A stretch of DNA of 64,000 bases from Flavobacteriales bacterium (GCA_046074525.1 JBJTOK010000079.1:9894-73893); one strand, 5' to 3'; positions 47,845 through 57,416 are shown, numbered from the stretch's first letter. The notes: generated by a model from the sequence alone, not told the origin. A program made the numbers and translations.

Positions 47845-48387
47845 TTAAAACAAACCATAAAAATGCTTGAGTGGTTTCCCGTTGAGGTCTTTCTCGGAAA
47901 GAATAGGATTGCTGATCCCCCAATCAATACCTAATGCAGGGTCGTTCCACAAAATAGAACAGTCGGCTTCCTTATTGTAAAAATTGGTGCATTTGTAATG
48001 GAAAATGGTATTGTCTTCAAGGGTGAGGAAGCCATGGGCAAAACCTTCGGGAACCCAGAGCATGCGCTGATTTTCCTCCGAGAGAAGCACTTTTACATGT
48101 TTGCCATAGGTAGGGGAATCTTTGCGGAGATCTACAGATATATCCAGCACAGAACCCTGAATGGCTTTCACCAGTTTCCCTTGAGTATAGGGCGGTTTCT
48201 GGAAATGGAGTCCGCGCAAAATGCCTTTGGAGGATTTGGAAAGGTTATCCTGTACAAATTTAGCGGTGATGTTGTGCTCGTGAAATTTTTTCTCGTTGTA
48301 GCTTTCGTAAAAATATCCCCTCGGATCGTAAAAGACTGCCGGTTCAACGATCAGTAAATCCGGGATTTCTGTTGGTATGACTTTCAT
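47845..48387 (-). CDS. rfbC: dTDP-4-dehydrorhamnose 3,5-epimerase.
   Basis: The cupin epimerase motifs are (YDPRGYFYESY..., RGLHFQ, MLWVPEGFAHGF). The length is 180 aa. Confidence 0.9.
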   Translation of the reverse strand: MKVIPTEIPDLLIVEPAVFYDPRGYFYESYNEKKFHEHNITAKFVQDNLSKSSKGILRGLHFQKPPYTQGKLVKAIQGSVLDISVDLRKDSPTYGKHVKVLLSEENQRMLWVPEGFAHGFLTLEDNTIFHYKCTNFYNKEADCSILWNDPALGIDWGISNPILSEKDLNGKPLKHFYGLF

Positions 48388-48404
48388 TGTATAAGTCCTA
48401 TGGC

Positions 48405-50846
48405 CTAGCCAAATAATTTTGAAAAAAAGTTTGACTTCTTCTTTTTCTTGGTTCTGGTTGACTCTTCATAGTAGCCATAGCCGTAGCCATAACCATAACC
48501 ATAACCGTAGCCATAACCGTAGCCATAACCATAACCGTAACCATAACCACCTTTGCTGGCCCTGTTTCCGGCACCATTAAGGATGACAGAGAGGTTGGTG
48601 ATTTTATTCTCCTCTTTCAGGTGGTTGATGTTTTGCAGGAAGATTTTCTTCGATACATTGGCACGCAGGATATATATCGGATAATCGGCCTTCTGGATGA
48701 TAGGGAAGGCATCAGTTACGATACCTACCGGCGGATTATCAATTACGATTACATCGTATGTTTTTTTAAGCTCGGCCAGGATAATGTCCATCTCCTTGCT
48801 GATAATAAGCTCTGAAGGGTTTGGAGGAATAGGTCCGGCAGTAATAAAGTGCAGGTTTTCCAAGCTGCTTCGCTGAATAGATTCTTCAAGGTTCGATTTC
48901 TTGATCAGCAAGGTGCTCATGCCAATTCTGTTTTCAGCGTTAAAACCAATGTGGGTTTTAGGTTTACGCATATCCAAATCGAGAATGATTACCTTCTTTC
49001 CTGAAAAAGCAATGATACCACCAAGGTTAATGGCGACGAAGGTTTTACCTTCACCGCTGACTGTTGAGGTTACGGCTATGACTTTTGAATCGTCGCTCTT
49101 TCTAAGGAACTGAAGGTTTGAACGGATAGAGCGGAAGGCCTCCGTCATCAATGATTTCGGATTTTTGTCTACCAGCAACTGAGAAATCGGAATAGACTCT
49201 TTGTATTCGGGAATCATCCCCAGGATAACCACCTGGTTGGTATATTTAACTATGTCGACAATAGCCGAAACGGTATTGTGCATAAGGTAGCGTACCACTA
49301 TAATACCAATGCTTATGGCAGCCCCTATGGAAATGAAAAGAATGTAGATGAGCCTTGTCTGCGGTTCAATTGGTGTTTCGTTGCTGTAAGCATATTCAAG
49401 AATGTCGTTGTTAGAAACAAAGCCGGCCTTTACCATCTCAAACTCCGATTTTTTCTGGAGGAGTTTGGTATAGTAATCCTGACTGATTTCATACATTCTT
49501 TCTATCTGATTGATTTCAGAGTCTTTTATTTTCTTGTTTATCACATCGGTTACGACGATCTGATTGTTTTTCTTGGAAATTTTGAGCTCCAGTTTATCAA
49601 GCTCCTGCTGCATTTCACTTATAGCAATATCAATACTTTCCAGCAATTCTTTCCTGTTGAGCTGTATCTTATAATCGAGCTCCCTTATCGGACCGCTATT
49701 TTCGGTGTACATGTAACGCAACTCCTTGCGCTGGGTAATCATGAGTTGGTTTTGCTGTATAATTGGCAGTAAGGCATGGGCTACAGGAGAGGTGAGCAAT
49801 GGCGCATAGATGTAATCGCTGGCCTGAAGTTTCCCCAGTTTTTGCTTGTAATCTTTAAGTGCCTGCAACTCGAAAGTCATTAACTGGAACTTATCCTCAT
49901 CAATATTCTGGTTATTGGCAGGTGGATTGAAAAGCAGGGGATTGAATTTGCTTGCACCTGATTCATCCTTGTCAGCATATGGTTCAAGGATCTTAGCGTA
50001 GTCATTGATTTTTTCATTGATGAGCAGTAACTGATCATTAGTGAAGTTGATCATCTGATTGGCGCTTTCCGCCTTCTTTTCAACATTGTATTTGAGGAAT
50101 TCCCTGGATATGGCATTGGCAATATCGGCACATTTGAGAGGGTTGTTGGAAATGAATTCCACTTCCAGTGTTTTTGCCTGTTCGTTGATTACATTGATCA
50201 TCAGCTGCGACAAACATTCATTAACGATATGATCCTCTTCGTGCAGGATAAAGTACCTTGGCGACGCTTCTCCTTCTCCCTGTAATTTAACGTACTGGGC
50301 CTGTGAAATGGTGATTTTAAGCTCCATTTCAGGGAAGGTTGTCCAGGTATTGATAGAAATGACATGTTCGTGTGCGACCTCACCGAGATAATAGCTTACC
50401 TGTACTTTTTCATCTGGGAGGAATTTTACATAAATAGGAACCTCATAGATAGACTGGTTTTTTATCTGATAGCTTACTTTATAAGGAGAAGTTTTGTATT
50501 CCTCAAAATTCAGAAATGCTCCTTCCGAAAAATAGGAAATATCCAGAGGTAGATTTTTCAATGCTCTTGTAATGAGAGACTTCGACCTCATGAGTTCCAC
50601 TTCCCCTGCGATAGCCATCTCGTAGATGTTCTCAAACTGCATGATTTTATTCATGTTGTTGTTCTCACCGATTTTCAAAATGGTTTTCGCCTGGAATACA
50701 GGCTGGGTATAACGATTGTAAATAAAGGCAAAGGTATAGCCCAGAGACAGTAAAACGATGACCCACACGATAGAACCCTTTGTTATTTTCAGCGCGAGGG
50801 CTAAATCAAAGTCGTCATTCAGCAGGGCTATCTTTTTTCTTTCCAT
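48405..50846 (-). CDS. Polysaccharide co-polymerase / BY-family tyrosine autokinase (Wzc/EpsB-like) with an unusually long C-terminal (GY)12-Y tail.
   Basis: It has a TM N-terminus, a Wzz-like periplasmic coiled-coil region and a Walker A VTSTVSGEGKTFVAINLG. A Walker B-like VIVIDNPP and the C-terminal tyrosine cluster GGYGYGYGYGYGYGYGYGYGYGYGYYEE are also present. Confidence 0.85.
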   Translation of the reverse strand: MERKKIALLNDDFDLALALKITKGSIVWVIVLLSLGYTFAFIYNRYTQPVFQAKTILKIGENNNMNKIMQFENIYEMAIAGEVELMRSKSLITRALKNLPLDISYFSEGAFLNFEEYKTSPYKVSYQIKNQSIYEVPIYVKFLPDEKVQVSYYLGEVAHEHVISINTWTTFPEMELKITISQAQYVKLQGEGEASPRYFILHEEDHIVNECLSQLMINVINEQAKTLEVEFISNNPLKCADIANAISREFLKYNVEKKAESANQMINFTNDQLLLINEKINDYAKILEPYADKDESGASKFNPLLFNPPANNQNIDEDKFQLMTFELQALKDYKQKLGKLQASDYIYAPLLTSPVAHALLPIIQQNQLMITQRKELRYMYTENSGPIRELDYKIQLNRKELLESIDIAISEMQQELDKLELKISKKNNQIVVTDVINKKIKDSEINQIERMYEISQDYYTKLLQKKSEFEMVKAGFVSNNDILEYAYSNETPIEPQTRLIYILFISIGAAISIGIIVVRYLMHNTVSAIVDIVKYTNQVVILGMIPEYKESIPISQLLVDKNPKSLMTEAFRSIRSNLQFLRKSDDSKVIAVTSTVSGEGKTFVAINLGGIIAFSGKKVIILDLDMRKPKTHIGFNAENRIGMSTLLIKKSNLEESIQRSSLENLHFITAGPIPPNPSELIISKEMDIILAELKKTYDVIVIDNPPVGIVTDAFPIIQKADYPIYILRANVSKKIFLQNINHLKEENKITNLSVILNGAGNRASKGGYGYGYGYGYGYGYGYGYGYGYGYGYYEESTRTKKKKKSNFFSKLFG
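48468..48549 (-). repeat. Coding hexanucleotide microsatellite (ggttatggctac-type units) encoding (GY)12Y at the BY-kinase C-terminus.
   Basis: A near-perfect 6-nt periodic repeat of about 80 nt is read directly from the sequence. Confidence 0.8.
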
Positions 50847-50849
50847 CTG

Positions 50850-51677
50850 TTAAGGCTTGGTAAGGACTGAATACAACACGGCAATACTCAGGATTGAAGT
50901 AATCAAACCGGTAAATGAGGTAATATCCGAGGTAATAGTGTATGGGTAGTTGATTACCGGCTCAATGTACACAATATCATTGGCCTGCATAACAATGTCG
51001 GCGTCCTTGAGTCCGTCAATTTTTGATAAATCAACCAGGTAGATATCTGGTTTTTTGAGGTCGCCTCTGATAATCTTTATTTTATTGGCGTAGTTCATTG
51101 CACCGCCACCGCCATTGCTGGATGCGGCATTGGAACTTCCTGTTCCTCCGGCAACACCTCCGGCTTTGGCAAGTACTTCAAAGAGAGTGGTGTTTTCATT
51201 TTCAAGGGTGACAATATTGGCTGAAACACCTCCCCGGAAGAGATAAATTCTCTTGTTTGTGATTTCCAGTATTACAAAGGGATTGACGAAATATTGCTTA
51301 AATTTTTCTTCCAGTAATTCCTCGGCCTGTTTCACGGTGAGGCCAAGAACGTCAAGTTCACCCAATACGGGCATCTTGATTTTTCCATTGGAGCGTACTT
51401 TAAAGGTGGTGGCTCCTGCTGCCCCCGCTCCACCGGCTGAACCTTCTGCATAGCCTGAAATAGTGGCCATCTTGAAACCATCATTGGTGTATAAACTAAA
51501 GCTGATAATGTCGTTGACGGCTATTTTATACGGTTCAACCTTTACCGAATCCGGGAACTTTGCATAAGGGTAATCCGCAGGGATTTTGAGCATCCTGCTG
51601 GGATTTAAGGTGGCGCATGATGAAAGAGCCACCACAGCCATTACGATAAGTATATAAGGTTTTAATAAGTATTTCAT
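50850..51677 (-). CDS. Polysaccharide export outer-membrane protein (Wza-like, Poly_export/SLBB).
   Basis: It has a lipoprotein-type signal (..VALSSCAT). A Gly/Ala-rich linker is present. Its position is 3 nt upstream of the BY-kinase gene. Confidence 0.75.
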   Translation of the reverse strand: MKYLLKPYILIVMAVVALSSCATLNPSRMLKIPADYPYAKFPDSVKVEPYKIAVNDIISFSLYTNDGFKMATISGYAEGSAGGAGAAGATTFKVRSNGKIKMPVLGELDVLGLTVKQAEELLEEKFKQYFVNPFVILEITNKRIYLFRGGVSANIVTLENENTTLFEVLAKAGGVAGGTGSSNAASSNGGGGAMNYANKIKIIRGDLKKPDIYLVDLSKIDGLKDADIVMQANDIVYIEPVINYPYTITSDITSFTGLITSILSIAVLYSVLTKP

Positions 51678-51678
51678 T

Positions 51679-52866
51679 TCAGCTATTCAGTAAAGTGCTA
51701 TACAGTTTATCCATATCATTCACCAGGCGGGTATAATGGAATTTTTCCCTCACATTTTCCCAGCCTTCTTTTTGCATCTGACCGCGAAGGACTTCATCTT
51801 CAATGAGTTTCAGTAAGTTGGCGGCATAGGCCTTGATATCACCTACTTCAGATAATAAACCTGTTTTGTTGTGGATCACCACATTTTCAATTCCGCCTAC
51901 CTTCGTGCTTACCACCGGATTGTTGCCGGCCTGCGCTTCAATCAAACTTACAGGTGTGCCTTCATTTAAAGAACTCAATGCAATGATATCTACTCCTGCA
52001 TTAACGACGTCAACGTCTTTAATCCATGATGTAAACGTAAGACTACATTTGGAATTTTCAAAATTTTCGGTACAAATAGAAATGTTCAGCTCCTTCGCCA
52101 AAGCTTCTGTTTTTAAGCGGTCTTCACCATCCCCCACAATGAAGCCTCGTATCTTTTTGCTGGTCTTGTCACTCACCTCTTTCCAGGCACGAATAAAAAG
52201 TTCATGGTTCTTCACCGGAACGATGCGTCCTACAATACCAACGGCAATCTCATCGTCAGCAATGTTGTATTGCTTGCGGAAGGCAATTCTCTTGCCTTCT
52301 ATATTTTCCTGGAAACGACTGAGGTCGAAACCCAGTGGAATTACTTCCAGTTTTTCCGGACGGCAAATGCGGTGTATTGTTCCAAGTTCGTACTTCTGCT
52401 TTTCGCTGATGGCAATGATCCTCGTGCTTTTTCCGGCCAGGTTGCGTTCAATTCTTTTGAAGAGCGAGGTTTTGGTTTTGTTGAAATAGGAGTGGAATAC
52501 GTGGCCGTGGAAGGTGTGTACAATTACGGGAACTCCTGAATTGTAAGCAGCCAGTCGCCCAATGGTTCCTGCCTTTGCAGCATGGGTATGAACGATGTCC
52601 GGCTTGAAATCCTTAATAATCGCTTTGATTTTTTTATACGTATTGTAGTCGTTCATCGGATTGATGGAACGTTTCATTTCGGGGATGATAATAGGATTAA
52701 GTCCAAGATCGTGAAGGATATGCATGCTGCTTTCCTCATGATCTTCTTTTTCACCACCAATGAGCATGGTTTCATATTCGGGCGGCATGTACTTGCTTAG
52801 ATAGGCTGCGTTGTACGTAGGTCCCCCAAGGTTAAATCTGTTTATAATCCGTAAAATTCGTGGCAT
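51679..52866 (-). CDS. GT4 (group 1) glycosyltransferase.
   Basis: It is 395 aa with a GT-B fold pattern. It has the N-terminal IINRFNLGGPT motif and the C-terminal E..G....EA motif region. Confidence 0.75.
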   Translation of the reverse strand: MPRILRIINRFNLGGPTYNAAYLSKYMPPEYETMLIGGEKEDHEESSMHILHDLGLNPIIIPEMKRSINPMNDYNTYKKIKAIIKDFKPDIVHTHAAKAGTIGRLAAYNSGVPVIVHTFHGHVFHSYFNKTKTSLFKRIERNLAGKSTRIIAISEKQKYELGTIHRICRPEKLEVIPLGFDLSRFQENIEGKRIAFRKQYNIADDEIAVGIVGRIVPVKNHELFIRAWKEVSDKTSKKIRGFIVGDGEDRLKTEALAKELNISICTENFENSKCSLTFTSWIKDVDVVNAGVDIIALSSLNEGTPVSLIEAQAGNNPVVSTKVGGIENVVIHNKTGLLSEVGDIKAYAANLLKLIEDEVLRGQMQKEGWENVREKFHYTRLVNDMDKLYSTLLNS

Positions 52867-52896
52867 TAGTGCGCTTCAAGTATTCGGCAAAAGTAA

Positions 52897-54783
52897 TCAA
52901 TTTATCCACTTTTTCCACCAGTATTGAAAAACGATGAGGGCCCAGATGTTTCCTGTGGCGTCCTGAGGGTTGGAGCTGTTGAGTTTTGCTTTGAGCTGTT
53001 CAATCTTTTCAGGGTTGAAAATACCTTGCTTCTCGATGAAGTCTTTTGAAAGCAGATCGTTGTGTATCATCCACTTGAGGTCGGTGCGGAACCACGACAA
53101 GAGTGGTACTTCAAAGCCGTGCTTCGGCCGCTTGTATAATCTCTCGGGGAGGATGTCTTTAAATGTGTCCTGCAAAATGCGCTTGCGGTGAGTCGGACAT
53201 ATTTTATAGTCTTCGGGCAGGGAGAAAACAAAGTTGACTACCTCATGATCGAGGAAAGGGACGCGTACCTCCAGACTGTTGGCCATGGACATCCTGTCGA
53301 CTTTCGTGAGCATGTCGCCTTCCAGCACCATATTCATGTCGGTAAGCAGTACTTCGTTGAAATCTCCATCCGGAGTAAAGGCTTTTAATAATTCAGATTT
53401 CGCATTTTTATATTCAGAACCATCTATGCTCTGCTTCAACATTTCCTTTGCAGCGTGTTCATTCATGAGCCCTGCCCAGCTCCAATACCTTTCCGATGCG
53501 GTCAACTTTGAAGCCGAAGCGAATTTATCCAGCTGTCGCATCTTGTTGCCAATGGAACTGTTGCGCGATTGCGGCATCATTTTCCACAGCCAGCCCATAT
53601 TATTGATCACCGCATTTTTGGCCGAAGGATGGCGCATGAGGTATTCGGCCTTGTGCTTGTTGTAACCCGAAAACAATTCATCGGCACCATCGCCGGAGAG
53701 GGCAACTGTTACTTTCTTCCGTGTTTCGCGACTCAATATATATACCGCCAGGGCTGAAGAATCGGCGAAAGGTTCGTCGGTGTAATCCAGCACTTCGTAA
53801 AGCACATCAAACAAATCTTTGTTGGTAAGCTTGAAAACAGTGTGATGGGTATTGAATTTTTTGGCGACTTCCTGGGCGTAAGCTGTTTCGTCAAATAAAG
53901 GTTCGTCCTGGTACCCAATAGAAAAAGTGTTCAGGTTTTTGGTTTGCTTACTTGCCAGCGCTGTAATAATAGAGGAGTCGGTACCGCCACTTAAAAAAGC
54001 TCCTAGCGGCACATCAGCGATCATTCTTCTTTCTACCGATTTTTCCAGCAACTCCACTAGTTTTTTCTGGGCATCGGCGTAGGATAAAGATGTTTTGTAT
54101 TCGCGGTTGTAGGGAATGGTATAATAGGCTTTCGACTCGATTTTGTTATCAGAGATTACAGCGAAATGTCCTGGCTTCAGTTTATATGCATTCTTGAAAA
54201 TGCACTGGTTGCCGGGAATATAATTGAATTGCAGATATTGGTAAACAACAGTGAAGTTGATCTCCTTTTTAATATCAAAGGCCATAATGGATTTCAACTC
54301 GCTGGCAAAAAGGATCTTCTGATCATCCTGATAGATATAAAGTGGCTTGATGCCAAAGCGATCGCGGGCAATGAAAACAGAATTATCGCGCTTATCCAAA
54401 ATAGCAAAGGCAAAAAATCCAACAAACTTTTCAATGCATCTTTCTTTTTCCCTGCGGTACATTTCCAGTAAAACCTCGGTATCGGAATGCGTACGGAATT
54501 TTACACCTTCTTTTTCCAGCGGAGCGCGCAGCTCTTTGAAGTTGTAGATTTCACCGTTGAAGACGAGTATATGATGGCCATCTTCATGAATGAAAGGTTG
54601 ACTTGCGGCGGAGCTGGTGTCCATAATAGACAAACGGGCGTGGCCCACGCCGATGTTCTGGTGAACAAAGGTGCCGTTACTGTCGGGACCTCTTTTAGTC
54701 AGACAAGATACCGACGCTTTCAATTGCGTGATCTCGTTTTGACTGAGATCTGTTTTGCTGATTATTCCGCTAATGCCGCACAT
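52897..54783 (-). CDS. asnB: Asparagine synthase (glutamine-hydrolysing).
   Basis: It has the N-terminal MCGISGII Ntn-amidotransferase nucleophile and the SGGTDSS PP-loop. The length is 628 aa. Confidence 0.9.
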   Translation of the reverse strand: MCGISGIISKTDLSQNEITQLKASVSCLTKRGPDSNGTFVHQNIGVGHARLSIMDTSSAASQPFIHEDGHHILVFNGEIYNFKELRAPLEKEGVKFRTHSDTEVLLEMYRREKERCIEKFVGFFAFAILDKRDNSVFIARDRFGIKPLYIYQDDQKILFASELKSIMAFDIKKEINFTVVYQYLQFNYIPGNQCIFKNAYKLKPGHFAVISDNKIESKAYYTIPYNREYKTSLSYADAQKKLVELLEKSVERRMIADVPLGAFLSGGTDSSIITALASKQTKNLNTFSIGYQDEPLFDETAYAQEVAKKFNTHHTVFKLTNKDLFDVLYEVLDYTDEPFADSSALAVYILSRETRKKVTVALSGDGADELFSGYNKHKAEYLMRHPSAKNAVINNMGWLWKMMPQSRNSSIGNKMRQLDKFASASKLTASERYWSWAGLMNEHAAKEMLKQSIDGSEYKNAKSELLKAFTPDGDFNEVLLTDMNMVLEGDMLTKVDRMSMANSLEVRVPFLDHEVVNFVFSLPEDYKICPTHRKRILQDTFKDILPERLYKRPKHGFEVPLLSWFRTDLKWMIHNDLLSKDFIEKQGIFNPEKIEQLKAKLNSSNPQDATGNIWALIVFQYWWKKWIN

Positions 54784-54801
54784 GGGGCAAATATACTTTT
54801 T

Positions 54802-54905
54802 TGATTGTAGATTTTAGATTGATTGAAGATTTCAGATTTACGATTGTAGATTGAATTCTTTAAGCAATCTAAAATCGTAAATCTAAAATCGTAAATCTAA
54901 AATCC
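54802..54905. repeat. Array of short direct and inverted repeats (aatctaaaatcgta x3 on the right; cgattgtagatt(t) x2 on the left, mutually complementary). It lies in the fabF-asnB spacer and overlaps the last three fabF codons.
   Basis: It is read directly. There is a 19-bp imperfect stem (agatttacgattgtagatt / aatctaaaatcgtaaatct) plus 14-bp period direct repeats. Confidence 0.5.
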
Positions 54906-56153
54906 TTCATACTTCTTAAACAGCGAAGCGGCGATATGGCCGCCAAAACCAAACGTATTGCTCATCGCATAGGTCACGGTTTTGTGCTCGGCCTTGCCTA
55001 AAGTGAGGTTGAATTTATCGGCATACAACGGTTCCGGCTCATCGGTGTTGATGGTTGGGGGGATAATATTTTCCCTTGTTGCCATGATACATGCAATGCC
55101 TTCTATTGCCCCGGCAGCGCCCAGCAGGTGGCCCGTCATGGATTTGGTAGCGCTGACAGAGAATTTTTTCGAAGTACCGAACAATCTTTCCACTGCACGC
55201 AATTCGCTTACATCGCCTTGTGGTGTGGAAGTGGCGTGCAGATTGATGTAATCGATTTGATCAGCAGTAATACCTGCTTCATTCATTGCTTCCAGCATGC
55301 CGAGGTAAGCGCCTTCACCTTCGGGGTGCGTACCGGTGAGATGGTAAGCATCGGCAGTCATACCACCGCCAACAATTTCAGCCAATATCGGAGCACCGCG
55401 CTTGATGGCGTGGTCATAGCTTTCCAAAATCACAGCGCCGGCACCTTCACCCATTACAAATCCGTCTCGTTTTATATCAAATGGTCGACAAGCCTTTTGT
55501 GGATTTTCGTTGAATTGAGACAACGCTTTTGCAGCACTAAAGCCACCAACGGCACTTTCGCAAATTGGCGCTTCCGATCCGCCGGTAATAATCATATCGG
55601 CTTTTCCCCAGCGGATGTGGTTGAAAGAGTCTATGATAGCAGTGTTGGATGTAGCACAAGCCGATACAGCGGTGAAATTTACACCTCGCAAACCATATTT
55701 AATAGAGATAATGCCTGATGCGATATCTACAATCATTTTAGGAATGAGGAAAGGGGAGAAGCGCGGAGTGCCATCGCCTTTGGCATATTCTTTCACTTGT
55801 TCTTCAAAGAAGCCAATACCGCCGTTACCACTTCCCCAAATCACACCAATGCGGTTTTTGTTGAGTTTTTCAAAATCGATTTGTGCATGTTTGATAGCTT
55901 CTTCGGTGGCAATCAAAGCATATTGCGTGAATAGGTCGTAGCGACTCGCTTCTTTTTTATCGATGAAATCAAGCGGATTGAAATTTTTCAATTCGCAGGC
56001 AAAACGTGTTTTGAACTTGGATGCATCAAACTTGGTGATCGGACCGGCGCCGCTTACTCCGTTTTTCAGGTTGGTCCAGAAATCATTCACGTTGTTTCCA
56101 ATTGGCGTCAATGCGCCAACTCCCGTAACTACTACTCTTTTTAAATGACTCAT
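54897..56153 (-). CDS. fabF: 3-oxoacyl-[acyl-carrier-protein] synthase II.
   Basis: The N-terminus is RVVVTGVGALTPIGN, and the active-site Cys region is VSACATS. The HxxxGH and GH motifs are present. The length is 418 aa. Confidence 0.9.
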   Translation of the reverse strand: MSHLKRVVVTGVGALTPIGNNVNDFWTNLKNGVSGAGPITKFDASKFKTRFACELKNFNPLDFIDKKEASRYDLFTQYALIATEEAIKHAQIDFEKLNKNRIGVIWGSGNGGIGFFEEQVKEYAKGDGTPRFSPFLIPKMIVDIASGIISIKYGLRGVNFTAVSACATSNTAIIDSFNHIRWGKADMIITGGSEAPICESAVGGFSAAKALSQFNENPQKACRPFDIKRDGFVMGEGAGAVILESYDHAIKRGAPILAEIVGGGMTADAYHLTGTHPEGEGAYLGMLEAMNEAGITADQIDYINLHATSTPQGDVSELRAVERLFGTSKKFSVSATKSMTGHLLGAAGAIEGIACIMATRENIIPPTINTDEPEPLYADKFNLTLGKAEHKTVTYAMSNTFGFGGHIAASLFKKYEGF

Positions 56154-56584
56154 TATTTAGCGATTTCAGTTTTTAATAAATTCGATTGCCCGCGGGCTAC
56201 TATTCTTGTTTGATCGGCATTCCATATTTCGCACTGGGCATGAATCAGCTGTTTTCCTTTTTTAAGAACCTCTCCTTTTGCGATGATCGTTTCGCCATTT
56301 TTCACTGCCGAAAGATAATCAACAGATAAATTAATTGTGGCAAAAAAGTGAGGTTCGCCGAGTGAAAAAACGGCAGCACCTAAAATGTCATCTACAATGC
56401 CGGAAGTGACACCGCCATGCAGGTTGCCCATGGCATTGGTCATTTCATGACGTACAACATATTGCAGGGTAATATTTCCTCTTTCTGCTTTAAGAATGGT
56501 AGGCTTTAACCAATTCATGAATTGTGACGGACTGCCCTGCACTACATTCCCGACATTACTTTGCAGCATTTTTAATACATCCAT
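56153..56584 (-). CDS. Hotdog-fold (PaaI/YbgC-type) acyl-CoA thioesterase.
   Basis: The length is 143 aa, with a ..NAMGNLHGGVTSGIVDDILGAAV.. hotdog thioesterase pattern. Confidence 0.75.
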   Translation of the reverse strand: MDVLKMLQSNVGNVVQGSPSQFMNWLKPTILKAERGNITLQYVVRHEMTNAMGNLHGGVTSGIVDDILGAAVFSLGEPHFFATINLSVDYLSAVKNGETIIAKGEVLKKGKQLIHAQCEIWNADQTRIVARGQSNLLKTEIAK

Positions 56585-56586
56585 AT

Positions 56587-57138
56587 TTATTTTTTTAAAT
56601 CATTAATGACACTTTGTTTGATGAGCGTAAAATCTTTGTCGTTGGTGAGTCTTGATATTTGCAGCGCAGCCAGCATTGCGCTAATGATGAGCAATGCTTT
56701 TGTGCGTGCTGGCAAATCAAAATAAAACACTTTTTTTTTCTTGCCTTCTTCTAGTATTTCCGTCACCCAAATCAGTATTTCTGCAGCAAGAATTTTTAAT
56801 TCCTTTGCAATTTTTTTATCTACGGAATTCAGGTCTGTTGCTAGAGATCCAACGATGCAAACTTTTCCTTCTTGCTTACTTTTGGAGTAAATAGATAGAA
56901 AAGCTTCCAGTTTTCTTTCGGGAGATTTCGTGCTGGTTTTTTCTTTCAGCTCTTTTACTTTCTCGGTGTGCAGCTTCAGTAAAGCCACGCCCAAATCGCA
57001 TTTGCTTGGAAAATGATAGTGAATAGAAGCGGTTTTGATACCAATGGTTTTAGAGATATCATAAAAGCTGAAGGCGTTGAAACCTTTGTCGCGAATGAGG
57101 TGATCCGTCAGCTTTAATATTTTTGCTCGTGTATCCAC
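56587..57138 (-). CDS. TetR/AcrR family transcriptional regulator (GTG start).
   Basis: The N-terminal HTH is AKILKLTDHLIRDKGFNAFSFYDISKTIGIKTASIHYHFPSK. Confidence 0.85.
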   Translation of the reverse strand: MDTRAKILKLTDHLIRDKGFNAFSFYDISKTIGIKTASIHYHFPSKCDLGVALLKLHTEKVKELKEKTSTKSPERKLEAFLSIYSKSKQEGKVCIVGSLATDLNSVDKKIAKELKILAAEILIWVTEILEEGKKKKVFYFDLPARTKALLIISAMLAALQISRLTNDKDFTLIKQSVINDLKK

Positions 57139-57218
57139 GAAGCAAATATAACTACCTACTAGTTGATAGGCAAATCTATTATTGATTTTTTTAGCAGTGG
57201 TTGCGTGCGCTCCATTAA

Positions 57219-57416
57219 GTTTAGCGAAGCGTAACTTGACGGAATTTTTTCCTGAAGCTTTCAGCTTCGTTATTGTTTTTGGATGGGAAGCTGAAAGCTT
57301 CGGTAAAAGATTCCGCTAAGTTGAAAACTTAGCAGAGGGGCGGGGTAGGGATTTTCAATCCCTGGCGATTGCAAATCGCCGCTATGTAGATTTCAGATTA
57401 CGCTTCGCTAAATCTA
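57219..57416. repeat. IR-bounded highly structured intergenic element. The outer 15-bp IR is tttagcgaagcgtaa / ttacgcttcgctaaa. It encloses an inner IR (gaagctttcagcttc / gaagctgaaagcttc) and three further hairpins.
   Basis: It is read directly, and all arms were verified as reverse complements. Confidence 0.5.

Noticed and set aside
54802-54905. Short direct repeats could be a degenerate CRISPR array.
   Set aside because: The units are 14 bp with no spacers of defined length, only three copies, and no cas genes in the window.
57347-57364. aggga-ttttcaa-tccct stem-loop resembling a tRNA T-arm; possible tRNA or tmRNA fragment.
   Set aside because: The loop lacks the TTCRA consensus, and no acceptor or anticodon stems can be built around it.
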